58,996 nt of DNA from Nemertoderma westbladi (taxonomy: Eukaryota; Animalia; Xenacoelomorpha). Where the stretch lies: assembly GCA_032718475.1 (NCBI GenBank), contig JAUCBJ010005345.1:1-58996 (forward strand). Direction: 5' to 3'. Positions 1 through 12,199 of the stretch are shown here, piece after piece (the stretch's first letter is position 1; each line of letters opens with the position of its first letter). A program made the position numbers and the translations under genes. A model generated the notes under the pieces. The model was not told the origin of the DNA and made no database searches. It worked only from the letters and a program-made list of their open reading frames with translations.

Positions 1-480
1 CCCTATTCTTAGCAGAGCTCAGGACACGGCTCCGAGATAATTAAATCCAACAGAGGTGGTCACTAATGAGTTCTTATCCCAAATCACTGCTCTACGTTAA
101 GTACTTGTTTCAGGAGGAATCCTACCTGAATGTTCTACACAGGTACCCCAGACTCTGTCGGCCGCTAGCAAGATTTCTTACATCATCTCACTCCCTAAAG
201 AACGAGCAAGGAAAATGGAAAAGCGCACCCCGTAATGAACGTTATTGCCCTGACTGTATGTTTGCGGTCATTGAGGAAGAATATCACTTTTTGCTAAAAT
301 GCCCAGTCTATCAGGATCTCAGAGTAATTCATTTGTCTGTTCGTTACCACGGAAACCCCACAATAAATATAAAACCTCAAAAACCTCAAACCTCAAACTC
401 TATAGAATAAATAAGATGTCTGCCAATTTTTTTGGCAAAGGCGTCCCAACGGCGCGATAAAATTATACAACCACATTAGA
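1..480 (+). mobile_element. 3' fragment of a non-LTR retrotransposon ORF2 (C-terminal Zn-knuckle; RTE-X/CR1-group-like), degenerate
   Basis: ORF 66-410 contains SSHSLKNEQGKW..PRNERYCPDC...IEEEYHFLLKCPVYQDLR, the SHxLxIExGRW...CxxC...EDEYHFLLxC motif at LINE ORF2 C-termini. The same motif occurs at ~54050-54170. Confidence 0.7.
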
Positions 481-719
481 ACGTGGTTTCGGGTAACTTT
501 TCATATGTTTTATATTTATGTGTTCATGTTCAATGTATATTACTTTATAAACCACAATATGTACAGTAGTTTACATTTTCTTTACCGTGCTGCTGATACT
601 GGTTTACCGGTCTTACATTCTTCCATTCTTTAGTATTTTCTTCATATTATATATTTAGTTTACTTGTAATATCTAACAATAATGGCTCTATATGAGCATG
701 TTGTAGTAATAAACAGAAA

Positions 720-1250
720 TTGAAATTGATGATAGATTCATTCGTATCATAATTGACGCGGCAGAATCTAGGGCTGCAGTGCCTCAAGGCAGCATCCTTG
801 GTCCTCAACTCTTCCTCATTTTTAATTTAATTATCCAGTTAATGTGCTTTCTGCAAATGTTTCTATTTTTGCAGATGAAACAACTCTCTTTGATCGCATC
901 TTACACCCAGTTATCTCGGCCCACTTTATGAACACAAACTTAAATGGTCCTCATAAATGGGCCTGTGACTGGTTAGTAACTTTCAATCCAGACAATACAC
1001 ACACACACCATGTCAATTCCAGGCACAAATTCTCACTTCAAACACAATTTGCACTTTATGGCTTTATGTGACCAACTATCTGACATTGATGTCCACAGAC
1101 ACCTTGGAGTTGTTTTAAACTCATCTCTGACCTGGTCTGACCACATTTCAACTATGCTGGAGAAAATTTCACCTCATTTCTCAACCCTTAGAATTCTGAA
1201 GCATTCCCTTCCCCGTAATGCAATCCTCTCAACATATAAGATGTAATATG
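720..1250 (+). mobile_element. CR1/L2-group LINE reverse transcriptase fragment (frameshifted)
   Basis: Reads VPQGSILGPQLFLIF, FADET, WACDWLVTFNP and HLGVVLNSSLTWSDHI across frames. Confidence 0.75.
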
Positions 1251-1260
1251 AGATGTTATT

Positions 1261-1590
1261 AGTTGGGCCTTCCTCTATTGAATAGCATTACTAGGCCATC
1301 TCTATCCATTTTTCATGAGCGCCAGCTGGTGTTTTTATCATTGCGAATATGGCGTTTTTTCGTTTATGTCTATTTTTCGAGCCCCCGGCTCATGGACGAA
1401 ATAGCGGAACATACCAGGGACCTTAGAATCGCGGTATCTAGCCGCTGTGAAAATTTCATCGAAATCGTTAGAGCGGTTCCTGAGATTGATGAGCTAGTCA
1501 GCCAGCCAGTCAGCCACGAGTAATTCTTACAGTAATGAACCTCTCAGTTCCTAAGTAGTGACGGGCCTAGCGGCCCGATTAGGAACCGAC
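1261..1590 (+). mobile_element. Partial non-autonomous Helitron/Helentron-like repeat, related to the copies at 5262-5944 and 6317-6932
   Basis: Shares gttggccttcctattgaat..cattacyaggccat..tttttcatgagygccagctgg and aaatttcatc.aaatcgttag with 6600-6850. Contains a (CAGC)n microsatellite and a GC hairpin gggcc-tagc-ggccc near 1563-1576. Confidence 0.55.
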
Positions 1591-2633
1591 TTTTTATTTT
1601 AAATAAATGAGACAACGAGAAATATTATAGAACTAATAATTATGTAAAAATACAATCATATTTCATATAATAATTATTAATAAATTCGATCTATTATTAG
1701 TTGCTAAATTCTAGAACAAAATCGACCTGCAAATAGTGAAGACCTCGTTTTGGAATTTCGAAACCATGCTGGTGCGTGGTAGTCCAGTCAAAATAGGGCT
1801 CAACCTCGGACAAATTGCAACATAATTTAATTTAATAATTTTTAGACCCAAATTTTATGCTTATCAACATATCCATAATCGGCCCAAATCGGGTTGTTGG
1901 AACTTGGTTAAATAGACCATTTCACCATGGCAACAGAAAGTCATACATAAATCACCCATTTCCTATAATCCTTCGGAATTCTAACCTTGACCTACCCCAC
2001 CCAAATCACTATCGGAGAGTACGATGGGGCACTTTTTGAAACCCGGTTACCATGACAACTATGAGAATTACATCGTCGAAATTAATTGTACAGTAAATTT
2101 ATGAAATTTTTGAAACGTATCCGTATTGCGTGTTCCCATTGTTGCAAAATTAGGAAACTCTGTAATTATATTCTCCTTAAGCATAATTGTTTTTTTTCTA
2201 GATTCGGCGTTGAAGTGGAATAGTAGTTGGCCTGTAACCTAGGTAATAAGAAAATAATATCACCTATAATGTTTCTTCAGTTTAAATATTTAAAAAGAAA
2301 CCAATGCAGGATCAAGTACCTCACATGTTGCTATGTTCAGACCATAATTTGCCAGCCAATCATGTCAATTCTTGTTGCCATGGCAACCAAAAATATTATT
2401 TAATATGTGAAAATTCCGTCAGAAATATTTTATATGTTCTTCAGATGCATATCAATTAAATAAAATAACTGTAACAGACTCCACACAATTTTTTTCAATA
2501 ATCTTTAATATGATTAACTTCCAATGTCAATAAAATGCCAAATACGTTACTATAACTACATAAATACTAAAAAATGCCCGTTGCTATGGTAACAACAGAA
2601 TAATGACTTCGCTTGTGATCATGAATGTTGACT

Positions 2634-3519
2634 CGTAACCTACTAACTCCACCTACTGGTTCAGAAGTCGAGGAAATCCTGCCAAGTACCTAACTGATCT
2701 AGACTTTGCTGATGACTTAGGAGTACTCTCAGAATCACTAGAGGGAGCCCAACGGCTCCTCAGCTCATTAGAACATGCTGCTTCTAGTGTTGGTCTTTTT
2801 ATTAACTCCAGAAAGACCAAAATTTTGACAGTTAACTTTGAAAGTCCTCAGCAAGTCTCAGATCGGATGAGCATAAGCTCAAAAGATGGAATGCTTGAGC
2901 ATGTGGATGACTTCTGTTACCTGGGATCATGGATCCGGAAGTCAGGTGAGGACCTTCGAATACGTAAGGGAAAGGCATGGGCAGCCTTGAATAGGCTTTC
3001 CAGGATTTGGAAGTCACCGAGAATTAATCGGAAACTTAAGGTCCGATTATTTAGAGCAGCAGTAGTTCCAGTACTCCTCTATGGGAGTCCATGCTGGGCT
3101 CTAACTGCTGAGGACACCAAATCTCTGGATGGCACATTCACAAGAATGCTACGCCGGGTTCATTGTGTCAAGTACAATGCACACATCTCCAACCAGACAC
3201 TATATAACATTGGAGGTGTCTCATTGGTTCCCCCAAGCTTGACACTAGGAACAAAATCGCCTCCGCTTTGCAGGACATTGCTTTCGCCGTGAGGACCAGC
3301 CAGTGCATAATCTTGTACTTTGGCAGCCTCATGGAGTGAATAAGCATGGTGGACAGCCCATGACTTTCTTGAGACGCATCTTAAAGGACACTGGCCTTGA
3401 AGATGCGGATGATCTAGCAAATGTCATGGGTGATAGGGAGTTGTGGAGGTGCAATTTTGTCGATAAGCCGGCACAGCATTCTTAAAAATGCAGCTGCAAT
3501 GCAGCATGCCGATCCTAGT
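2634..3519 (+). mobile_element. 5'-truncated RTE-clade LINE nested in the fold-back element
   Basis: Near-identical to the 3' part of the element at 36912-39992 (DLDFADD, DDFCYLGSWI). 13-bp TSD ATGAATGTTGACT at 2621-2633 and 3520-3532. Frameshift near 3248. Confidence 0.92.
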
Positions 3520-3928
3520 ATGAATGTTGACTATGTAACATATTGATATGCATCTGAAGAACATATAAAATATTTCTGATGGAATTTTCACATATTAAAT
3601 AATATTTTTGGTTGCCATGGCAACAAGAAATGACATGATTGGCTGGCAAATTATGGTCTGAACATAGCAACATGTGAGGTACTTGATCCTAAATTGGTTT
3701 CTCTTTAAAATGATAGTAACCATATTTAAACTAAAGAAACATTATAGGTGATATTATTTTCTTATTACCTAGGTTACACGCCAACTACTATTCCACTTCA
3801 ACGCCGAATCTAGAAAAAAACAATTATGCTTAAGGACAATATAATTACAGAGTTTCCTAATTTTGCAACAATGGGAACACGCAATATGGATACGTTTCCA
3901 AAATTTCATAAATTTACTGTACAATTAA

Positions 3929-4207
3929 AGTAAATTTTCTTCTGCCGCTAGGCCAGGGATTACGCACAAAGTCTGACGACTTATTTCCAGTAAGGTCACC
4001 CCAGAACTTTACTCCCCATACTCATTTAGCTACCACTTAAGGATGCAAGGCAGAGATGCGCCCTGGCTGGTCCCTTTAAAGCATTCGTGCCGAAACGAAA
4101 ACTGCCCTGGCCCATGTGAGGATCGAACCCACGACCTACAGGAGATGTGAATTCAATGCAACCACTACACCAAGGTGGAACCAAATGTAATGTCTAATCT
4201 AATGTCT
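3929..4207 (-). mobile_element. tRNA-derived SINE
   Basis: Minus-strand A box TGGTGTAGTGG (4172-4162) and B box GGTTCGATCC (4129-4120). Absent from the opposite arm of the fold-back element and flanked by AATTAA (3923-3928, 4208-4213). Confidence 0.8.
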
Positions 4208-4679
4208 AATTAATTTCGACGATGTAATTCTCATAGTTGTCATGGTAACCGGGTTTCAAAACGTGCCCCATCGGATTTTCCGATAGTGATTTGGGTGGGG
4301 TAGGTCAAGGTTAGAATTCCGTAGGATTATAGGAAATGGGTGATTTATGTATGACTTTCTGTTGCCATGGTGAAATGGTCTATTTAACCAAGTTCCAACA
4401 ACCCGATTTGGGCCGATTTTGGATATTTTGACAAGCATAAAATTTGGGCCCAGAAAATATTAAATTAAATTCTGTTGCAATTTGTCCGAGGTTGAGCCCT
4501 TTTTTTGCCTATTTTGACTGGACTATGGTGCGATATCGCGTTTAGTTAATAAATTGAAAACTCCATCAATTCATGTGCACCCAGTAATAAGAAATCGCGA
4601 TAAATGTAATTAAATACAAATTATTCCACACTGTGGCTAAGGTGGAATGTTTACTCAGCCTCATACTGATATTTTGTAA

Positions 4680-4986
4680 AGGCCCATTCACATCCAATGG
4701 AACGGTACACCGCGCGGTGTACTACAGGGCCAGCGGTACACCGCTGACTGTGAATGACCCAACAGGTAGTTGTGCGCTAAACCGTGTGGTTTACCGCAGC
4801 CCATTTAAACAATGTTAAAAAAATTAATGTAATTTCCTGTTGAATTTACAGTCAACAGATAGACAATCAGTTACCACAACGGTACCGTTGGGTGTGGACG
4901 GGCTCCGGGTAGTGTACCGCTGGCTTACCGCTTCAATACCGCCAGACTACTTTACCGCTCACGCACCGTTGGATGTGAACGGGGCT
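4680..4986. mobile_element. PIF/Harbinger-type MITE
   Basis: TIRs AGGCCCATTCACATCCAA / TTGGATGTGAACGGGGCT, with TAA TSD at 4677-4679 and 4987-4989. A second, truncated inverted copy lies at ~44267-44550. Confidence 0.75.
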
Positions 4987-5261
4987 TAAGGCGGCTAACA
5001 CTAACATTCAAAATGTTTTGTAAGGTGAATAACATTTAGCGACTTAGATTACTCTCTGTCAGTCTCCCCTTCAGAACATTGTCGAGGGAATTTACTTTAG
5101 TTTACTCTACTGTGCCATTCAGCTGAATGGATTTGAGCAATAGTCAAATTGCAGAGTAGGATCTCTCTCTGACCATAGGTAAATACCATAGGTAAATATT
5201 GTTGAGGGAACTTACTTGATTGATGACTTCTGACTTGCTTAGCGGCGTCTTGACGCCGTGT

Positions 5262-5944
5262 CTAGTTAGTAAGTCGTTATAGACTTGATTACTGTAAGAA
5301 AATTACTGTAAGAAAAAAAAGCTACAGACTACTGACTACTGGATACTGACTACTGACCTAGAGCAAAAACGGCGCTAACGAATTTGATGAAATTTTGCAT
5401 GAACCATGAAAATAGATTTCTATGGGTACTTGTGAAATCGCGGTTTAAATTGAAACATCTCAACTTGTTTTGTTTCAAAAAATAGCGAAAATTGCCATAG
5501 GCGCAATGATAAAAGCACCAGCTGGCACGCATGAAAAATGTATAGAGATGGCCTGGTAATGCATTCAATAGGAAGGGCCAACTGACAAAGAAGTACTTTC
5601 TGTGCCAAGTATTATCACACTAATCTACAACCCAGACAGTAAGCAAACATTAACTGGTTTAGCTGGCTATTACAGTCTCAGCTGAATAACTCTTCCCAAT
5701 GCATCCTTGCTATGTTAATTAATTGGCGTGCAAGCTAAATGACTGTTAGTTAAACAGTGTGTTGGCTACACAGTGTATTGTACTATGCTCTCATCGCATT
5801 ATTGTTATATTTTGAAATCTTTGTGCCAACATTAATACTGTGGAGGCTGTATGCTTATAAGGCTGAATGTTTACTCAGCCTCATAATTATTCTCCATAAG
5901 GCTAACATTATAGTTTGAAATATAAAAATATGCTATAATAATAA
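5262..5944 (-). mobile_element. Non-autonomous Helitron-like element, copy A
   Basis: Inverted copy of 6317-6932. The minus-strand 3' end has an AAGTC..GACTT hairpin followed by CTAG (5265-5262); internal (CTACTGA)n microsatellite. Confidence 0.6.
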
Positions 5945-6316
5945 ATAAAATATAATTGTTGTATTTAATTAATATCGTGGTTTACTGTTAGTGTAAATTG
6001 TTAATCGCGGTTTACATTGAAACATCTCTACTTGTTTTATTTATTACAAAAATAAGAACGAATTTGTCTTATTACTTCTTGTATTGAATTCATGACAATT
6101 AATTAATCAATTAATCAATTGACACCTCGACTCCTCTCCGACTACTCTATCCGATAGAACAAAATAATCATTTCGCTAACTGTTCTCTATCTTCTATAAT
6201 CACAACAGCTTTTATTTTATAATTCATTAATTTATTATCGCACAGAACAAAAAGCTTTTACTTGACTCGTGCTGTCTCCTACGACTTGCTTCATGGGCCG
6301 TTAGGCCCGTCTCTAG

Positions 6317-6932
6317 TCTTATTATTATAACAGATTTTTATATTTCCAACTATAATGTTAGCCTTATGGAGAATCATTATGAGGCTGAGTAAACATTTAG
6401 CCTTATAAGCATACAGCCTTGCACGCCAATTAATTAACATAAGAGAGTGAGTAACCTTGTAGATTTTCCCTTAGGATGCATTGGGAAGAGTTATTCAGCT
6501 GAGAGTGTAATAGCCATCTAAACCAGTTAATGTTTGCTTACTGTCTGGGTTGTAGAGTAGAGTGAAAATATGTACTTGGCACAGAAAGTACTTCTTTGAA
6601 AGTTGGCCTTCCTATTGAATGCATCAGGCATTACCAGGCCATATCTCTTTTCATTTTTCATGAGTGCCAGCTGGTCTTTTTTTTTTTGTATCCTTGCGCC
6701 TATGGCAATTTTCGTGTTTTGGGGCTATTTTTCGAAATAAAACAAGTTGAGATGTTTTAATTTAAACCGCGATTTCACAAGTACCCATAGAAATTTTCAT
6801 GGTTCATGCAAAATTTCATCAAAATCGTTAGCACCGTTTTTGCTCTAGGTCAGTAGCCAGTAGCCAGTAGTCAGTAGCCAGTAGTCAGTAGCTTTTTTTT
6901 CTTATGGTAATCAAGTCTTACGACTTGCTAAT
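6317..6932 (+). mobile_element. Non-autonomous Helitron-like element, copy B
   Basis: Starts TCTTATTATTATAA immediately after another Helitron-type 3' end (GGGCC-gtta-GGCCC hairpin plus CTAG 6313-6316). Subterminal hairpin CAAGTC-ttac-GACTTG near 6912-6927. Confidence 0.6.
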
Positions 6933-7006
6933 TACAACAGTTCGCATATGGCTCGCAGTTCTGACTCGCCTCATAATAATTACAGTCGGCGAAGTCTAAG
7001 CTATCA

Positions 7007-7130
7007 CTAACGTGATGATGTTGGTTCTTCCTCACCAACAATATAGATTGATCTGAAGTTGATTTCCAAGTCAGTCCCATAGTATCCTGGTTTGAATAAA
7101 ACAGGTGATTGTCCCGTATAATTGACGCCC
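7007..7130 (-). CDS. Secreted beta/gamma-crystallin-domain protein, last coding exon 4: (R)GVNYTGQSPVLFKPGYYGTDLEINFRSIYIVGEEEPTSSR*
   Basis: Acceptor tttcAG at 7132-7131; the phase completes AG|G from exon 3. Greek-key signature NYxG...PGxY...RS. TAG stop at 7009-7007, followed by TGA TAG. Confidence 0.8.
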
Positions 7131-7658
7131 CTGAAATTATGGTTAGGAAGATATTCTAATTATTATTTCTTAAAAGCCTGTTATAAAGCAGTTAATAGAC
7201 TAACAAATAAATATTGTCAAAATATTTTTAATTCATTGGAAAAGTTTACAGGACTCTTAAGAAGCTGTCTCCGACCTGTTGGTAGACCCACTTAAAGTTC
7301 AGTTATTGGTATTGAAATGTTAAATAATTATAGCAAATCAATATATTTATATATGCAATTTATAGCAAATCAATATATTTATATGCAATTGAATGTATTT
7401 ATGATTATAATTAAACGTATTGACATAATTATATATTAGTTAAAAAATATAAATATAATGATGAATAAATGATAAATCAACTAAAAATTTGAAAATATTT
7501 TATATCAAATATGCATAATGAGTATTGACAGAATGGTAGACTTTGCGGAAGTGTCACAACACCGTGTTAACTACTACAACTCTTTGCACCTACTACTTCT
7601 AATACTACTATATTACTACTACTATATTACTACTACTATATTACTACTACTATATTAC

Positions 7659-8510
7659 TTCCGCCTCCCGCGATTCGCTTCCCGCCCGTTGTGCCTGTGG
7701 GACAAGATTTTCAACCAACCATGTCTTGTCCTGTCCCACCGGCGGTTATCCGTCGATTCGGCACAACGAACTGCGGGATTTCGTCGCCTCCACCCTAACG
7801 GAAGTTGCCCACAACGTCACCATCGAGCCGCACCTGCAGCCAATTACCGGCGAGCAGTTTAACCGCGCGTCCACCTCCATTGACCAACAAGCCCGGCTGG
7901 ATGTCTCAGTTTCCGGTTTCTGGGGGAGTCGATTCCAGAAGACGTTTATTGACGTCTCAGTTTTCAATCCCCTCGCCCCAACGAACGCAGCTATGGAACT
8001 CAACGCCGCCCATCAGTTCCACGAGAACCGGAAACGGAACAAATATCAGGAACGGATCAGGGAGGTCGAACTCGCGACGTTTACACCCCTCATATTTTCA
8101 GCGTTGGGGGGTATCTCGCCCACTACAACGCTGTTTGTGAAGCATCTCGCTTCCAAGTTGGCGGAACGTCGCGAGACGCCATATAGCGAATGTGTGAACT
8201 GGGTGCGACGGCAACTCAGTTTCGCCTTGCTGAGGGCCTCGCTCATGTGCGTCCGCGGCTCTAGGTCTGCCCGTAAACGCCCAGCAGGCACATATCAGGA
8301 CATCGCCCAAGCCTCCATCCGATTGGCAAATGCTGATACCAGAATAAACTAATTTTGAAATTCCCGCTAAGTCAAGCAACATTGTACAGTAGCCTGGTGG
8401 TGGGTGAGGTTTTTCTTATTTTTTATAACTTTTATGTGTCTTTTTATATATCTGTCAAGTTTGTCAATAAAAATAAAAAAAGCACTAAGCAGCCAAAAAA
8501 AAAAAAAAAA
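7659..8510 (+). mobile_element. 5'-truncated CRE-clade (restriction-like endonuclease) non-LTR retrotransposon
   Basis: ORF 7726-8352 has CxxGG..RHNELRD, EPHLQP, ARLDV..GFW, FIDVSVFNP, HExxKRxxY and FTPLIFSALGG (REL endonuclease). 3' UTR followed by poly(A) at 8495-8510. Confidence 0.85.
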
Positions 8511-8588
8511 CTACTATATTACTACTACTATATTACTACTACTATATTACTACTACTATATTACTACTACTATATTACTACTACTATA

Positions 8589-8752
8589 TTTTTTTTTTTT
8601 TGGGCTGCTTAGTGCTTTTTTTATTTTTAATGACAAACTTGACAAATATAAAAAAAGACACATAAAAGTTATAAAAAATAAGAAAAACCTCACCCACCAC
8701 CAGGCTACTGTACAATGTTGCTTGGCTTAGCGGGAATTTCAAAACTTAGTTC
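8589..8752 (-). mobile_element. Second CRE-like 3' end (3' UTR plus poly(A)), inverted
   Basis: Poly(T) at 8589-8601, then the reverse complement of ~8348-8494. Confidence 0.85.
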
Positions 8753-8909
8753 TCAAAACCTAGTTTCAAAACTACTACTATATTACTACTACTATATTAC
8801 TATTAATATATTACTATTACTATATTACTACTACTATATTACTACTACTACTATTACTACTACTAATACTACTACTATATTTACTATAACTTAACAAATT
8901 AATTTTTAC

Positions 8910-9060
8910 CACCACCATGTAATTGGCATGTACGCCTATTCGCAAGCGTGCATTAAGAAAGCTATGCCGGCTTATCAATAAAACTGCGCTGTCACAACTC
9001 CCTATTCCCAATGACTTTCGCGAGATTATCAACAACGTGAAAAGAGCGTTTGAAAACCGT
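8910..9060 (-). mobile_element. Diverged RTE 3'-end fragment
   Basis: ggcatg..taagaaagctatgccggcttatcaataaaactgcgctgtcacaactccctat resembles the RTE 3' end at 36930-37030. Confidence 0.6.
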
Positions 9061-9614
9061 TAGGATTACTGGTCAATGGGGGGTTCTTGTTGCTTTGTAT
9101 CTTGATGAAAACTCATTTGGTTTCGACTTTAACTTCGCATCAATCTACGATACTATATACGTATGTCTTGCAATGAAAGGGCTAACGATAGTGATTGGTT
9201 TATTAGCCAAGGATTCTGATTGACTCTGGCTATTGCCTGCTACCCTAATCTCATGTAGCAACAATAAAGGTGTGTGAGTAATGGATTCGTTAGTTCTTTC
9301 TCCCTTAGCAAGCCACTAATAATAATATTGGGGAATTAATTACCTACAGTGTATCATCCCTGTACAATATACGCACAATGCATACACAATCTATATATAC
9401 ACAACACGTTTACCGTATGACAATAAATTATAGATTGCACAAAACATGATATTGCCTTTGTTTGCCACCAGGTCCTATTGCTACCTTTAAATTGCTAGGT
9501 AGCAGTCCCTTTATTGGAGGGTGATAATTGCTGCCATTCCACGGCTGATGGCTATTAGGGTGATATAATGGTTTCTGGGTTGGTGAAGTAATAATCCCGT
9601 AACATGTCTTTTAA

Positions 9615-12184
9615 CCCTATTAAACCCAGGGTGGGGTCAATATGGCCCCACCTCGTGGTTTTTTTTGTTATAACTCTGAAACAAACGTAGTTGGTAATCT
9701 GAAATTTTATGACTTTTCCTAAATATCTATTGTCTTCCTAATAGTGAAAACGGTTTTCAAAAATATTGGGAAGTTTTCGAGTTATAGCACCATTTTTAAC
9801 CCTACTTTTGGCACTTTGTTTGAGACATTTTTTGAAAATTACATTTCATGAAATATAATTTTATAACATCTCTATTTATGATTTACACCAGTTTTTGGTG
9901 TTTGCAATTAGATAGAATTCATATTATAAATTAATTTAGAAATTTCAAACAATTTTTTCGGCGGGTGCCAAATTTTGGTGCCAGCACCAAATTTTGAAAT
10001 ATGTAACTTTTGTAAATTGATTGTTTGAACCTGTTTTTTGCGCAATAGGGGTTATTTTGGGTTCTGCTTTCGATGGAAAATATACGACTTGCACTAGGCG
10101 CATCAAACGTGTATTTTTCGGTGCTGTGTGAAAATTTGGTGCCAACGCGAAATTTTGAAAATATATTCAATAGTTAAATTGCTTGTGACAACTTATTTCC
10201 CGCGCTTTAGAGGTTTGTGGCGGTTCTGAGTAAATGGAATATATAAGTACAGTATCTAACTAGACATCTCATACTTGTATTTTTCGGAAGCCATCAAATA
10301 TATTTTTAAATACCATCAAATATATCAATTGATTGTGTCACCCTGTTTCTTGAGTTATACGGGTTTGTGAGGGTTTTGAATTCAATGGAATAAGTAAAGA
10401 TGGTATAAGAGTTTTTGTTGCTGTCGATTCCAAATCAGGGGTTTGACGCAGATCTAAGTTCCCGGGGGTTGTGCTCGATCCCAGAATACTAGTCACTAGT
10501 CACCGGAAGTATTGGTGTTAGGCTTGAAATTTGTCATGCAGGTCGTGAAAAAAGAATAGCTAGATTGAATGTTAATTTAATCGCCAATAACTGATTAATT
10601 ATAAACAATCTGATTCTAAATAATTTGGGCTCTCATGCACCAAATAATAAGAATAAATAACAATAAACACAAGAGAATAATAAACCTACGGTACAAGATA
10701 ATTTATTTAGTATTTTACTTTATAGGACGGCGGACTTACTTTATAAGATTTTAACCACCCCAACTACGTTTGATACCCATCTGTCCGGTCAGTGTCCGTC
10801 ACGTTTTCCAGCTTTCCGTTACGTTTCGAGTCCTTTTCAGGCTCGATAACGCCGTAGGCACTGGCTACAGCCTAACTGCTAACAGACACCCGTAGTTTTA
10901 ACTATAGCACTGTCAGACTATTGTTCAATCTATTGTCAGGCTGATGCCCTTTTTGAATTACCATCCAATTTTGAATTTCTAAAAGTTTTCCAAACATAAC
11001 CAAAGTTTATTGTTCTATTCGTCGCCATTTCAATTTCAGAAATCACCATTTCAAATTTCCCTCCAATTCACACACACACAAACACAACATAAAGTGGTTC
11101 TAACTGTTGCGCGCACACAAAAATTCTGTCGCACACACACAAGAAATCACCATTTCAAATTTCCCTCCAATTTCACACACCAGTGAAGGTATGCGGCTTT
11201 CAGTAGCCCTCTAGCCCGTAATAACTCAGTCGACACAAACAGTAAACGCACCACTCAAGATAAGTCCTGTTTCCTTCACAGCGCACTCCGCTGATTGTTT
11301 CCGAGTCCTTTTCAGGCTCGTACTACGCACAGCAAGTCACGTCACTAGGGATAAGGTGACCCTTTGCACTAGGCTAGGCTGACAGGAAATCTACCTGAAT
11401 AATCGAATAATTTTGGGGCTATGAATTTCTAGTTTTGAAATTGGAAGTTTGATCAAAATTGGAAATAACGCGAACAGTTTTCAAACTTGTATTTTTTGTC
11501 GGATTTTGTATAAATTTTTGTGCCAGCACCAAATTTTTTAAAATAAGCAAATTGATCAATAGATAGTATCATCTTGTTTCTTGCGTATGCGGGTTTGTGA
11601 GGGTCCCTAATCCGATGGAATCAAAACAGCACTGGAAATCTCAAACTTGTAGTTTTTGGTGATGGGTACGATACCAAAGTTTGCCATATTACGCCGAAAA
11701 TACGTGTAGCAATGATCTGGCAACTTAGAAATGTATTCCATTAGAATCAGCGCCCCGGAAAACCTCTAAATGTGAATTTATAGCATCGTATAAGTGAATT
11801 AACAATTTTGTGTGTAAACCGAAAAGTGCTGGTTACTTGTTTTTTCATTTTTTTGGCAAAACAACCATTTATAATAATTAGACCAATTTTAAATATTTTC
11901 TAATGGATTTTGCGCCCCAGAAAACCTGTATTGAAAAACAATTAGCCGAAAATTGTAACTTTCAAATTTTATGAAAATTGTTCACTACTACTTGTAATTT
12001 TGGTGCTACAATACAACCACCCAGTACATTTTTTCGAAATTATTTGTTTTCGGTCGGATTCAGACTCGTGAAATCTACGTACAAACAAAAAATCATACGT
12101 TTTCGTTGAAATTTGTAGATTTTAGAGTGGGGAGGGATGGGGGGTATTTGTACAACATTTTATAGCACGGTACTAATTAAAAGG
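9615..12184. mobile_element. piggyBac-like non-autonomous DNA element (TTAA target), in intron 3 of the crystallin gene
   Basis: TTAA|CCCTATTAA... at 9611 and ...AAAAGG|TTAA at 12185, with degenerate TIRs. The left ~620 bp recur at 21517-22150. No transposase ORF. Confidence 0.55.
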
Positions 12185-12199
12185 TTAAGGCCAGTGTAT

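Larger units (their letters stand above)
1780..4525. mobile_element. Academ-like non-autonomous fold-back DNA transposon with ~680-bp inverted arms
   Basis: Termini TAGTCCAGTCAAAATAGG ... CCTATTTTGACTGGACTA (TAG...CTA) flanked by a 3-bp TSD TGG (1777-1779, 4526-4528). Arm 1780-2456 is the reverse complement of 3542-4525 apart from a SINE insertion. Confidence 0.75.
7570..8890. repeat. (TAC)n/(TACTACTATAT)n microsatellite, split by two CRE-like insertions
   Basis: Blocks at ~7570-7658, 8511-8588 and 8771-8890, lying ~20-30 bp from a diverged minus-strand RTE 3' end (8910-9060) whose family tail is (TAG)n. Confidence 0.8.

Noticed and set aside
4108-4182. tRNA gene
   Set aside because: A and B boxes are present but the cloverleaf is not intact. 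It continues into a ~180-bp body with a TSD, so it is a SINE.
1857-4438. Duplicated 60-aa ORFs (1857-2039 + and 4256-4438 -) as a gene pair
   Set aside because: They are the two arms of the fold-back transposon; no protein motif.
9060-9610. Coding-looking sequence in crystallin intron 3
   Set aside because: All frames I read are interrupted by stops or lack a recognisable motif, and it is not needed for the gene model.
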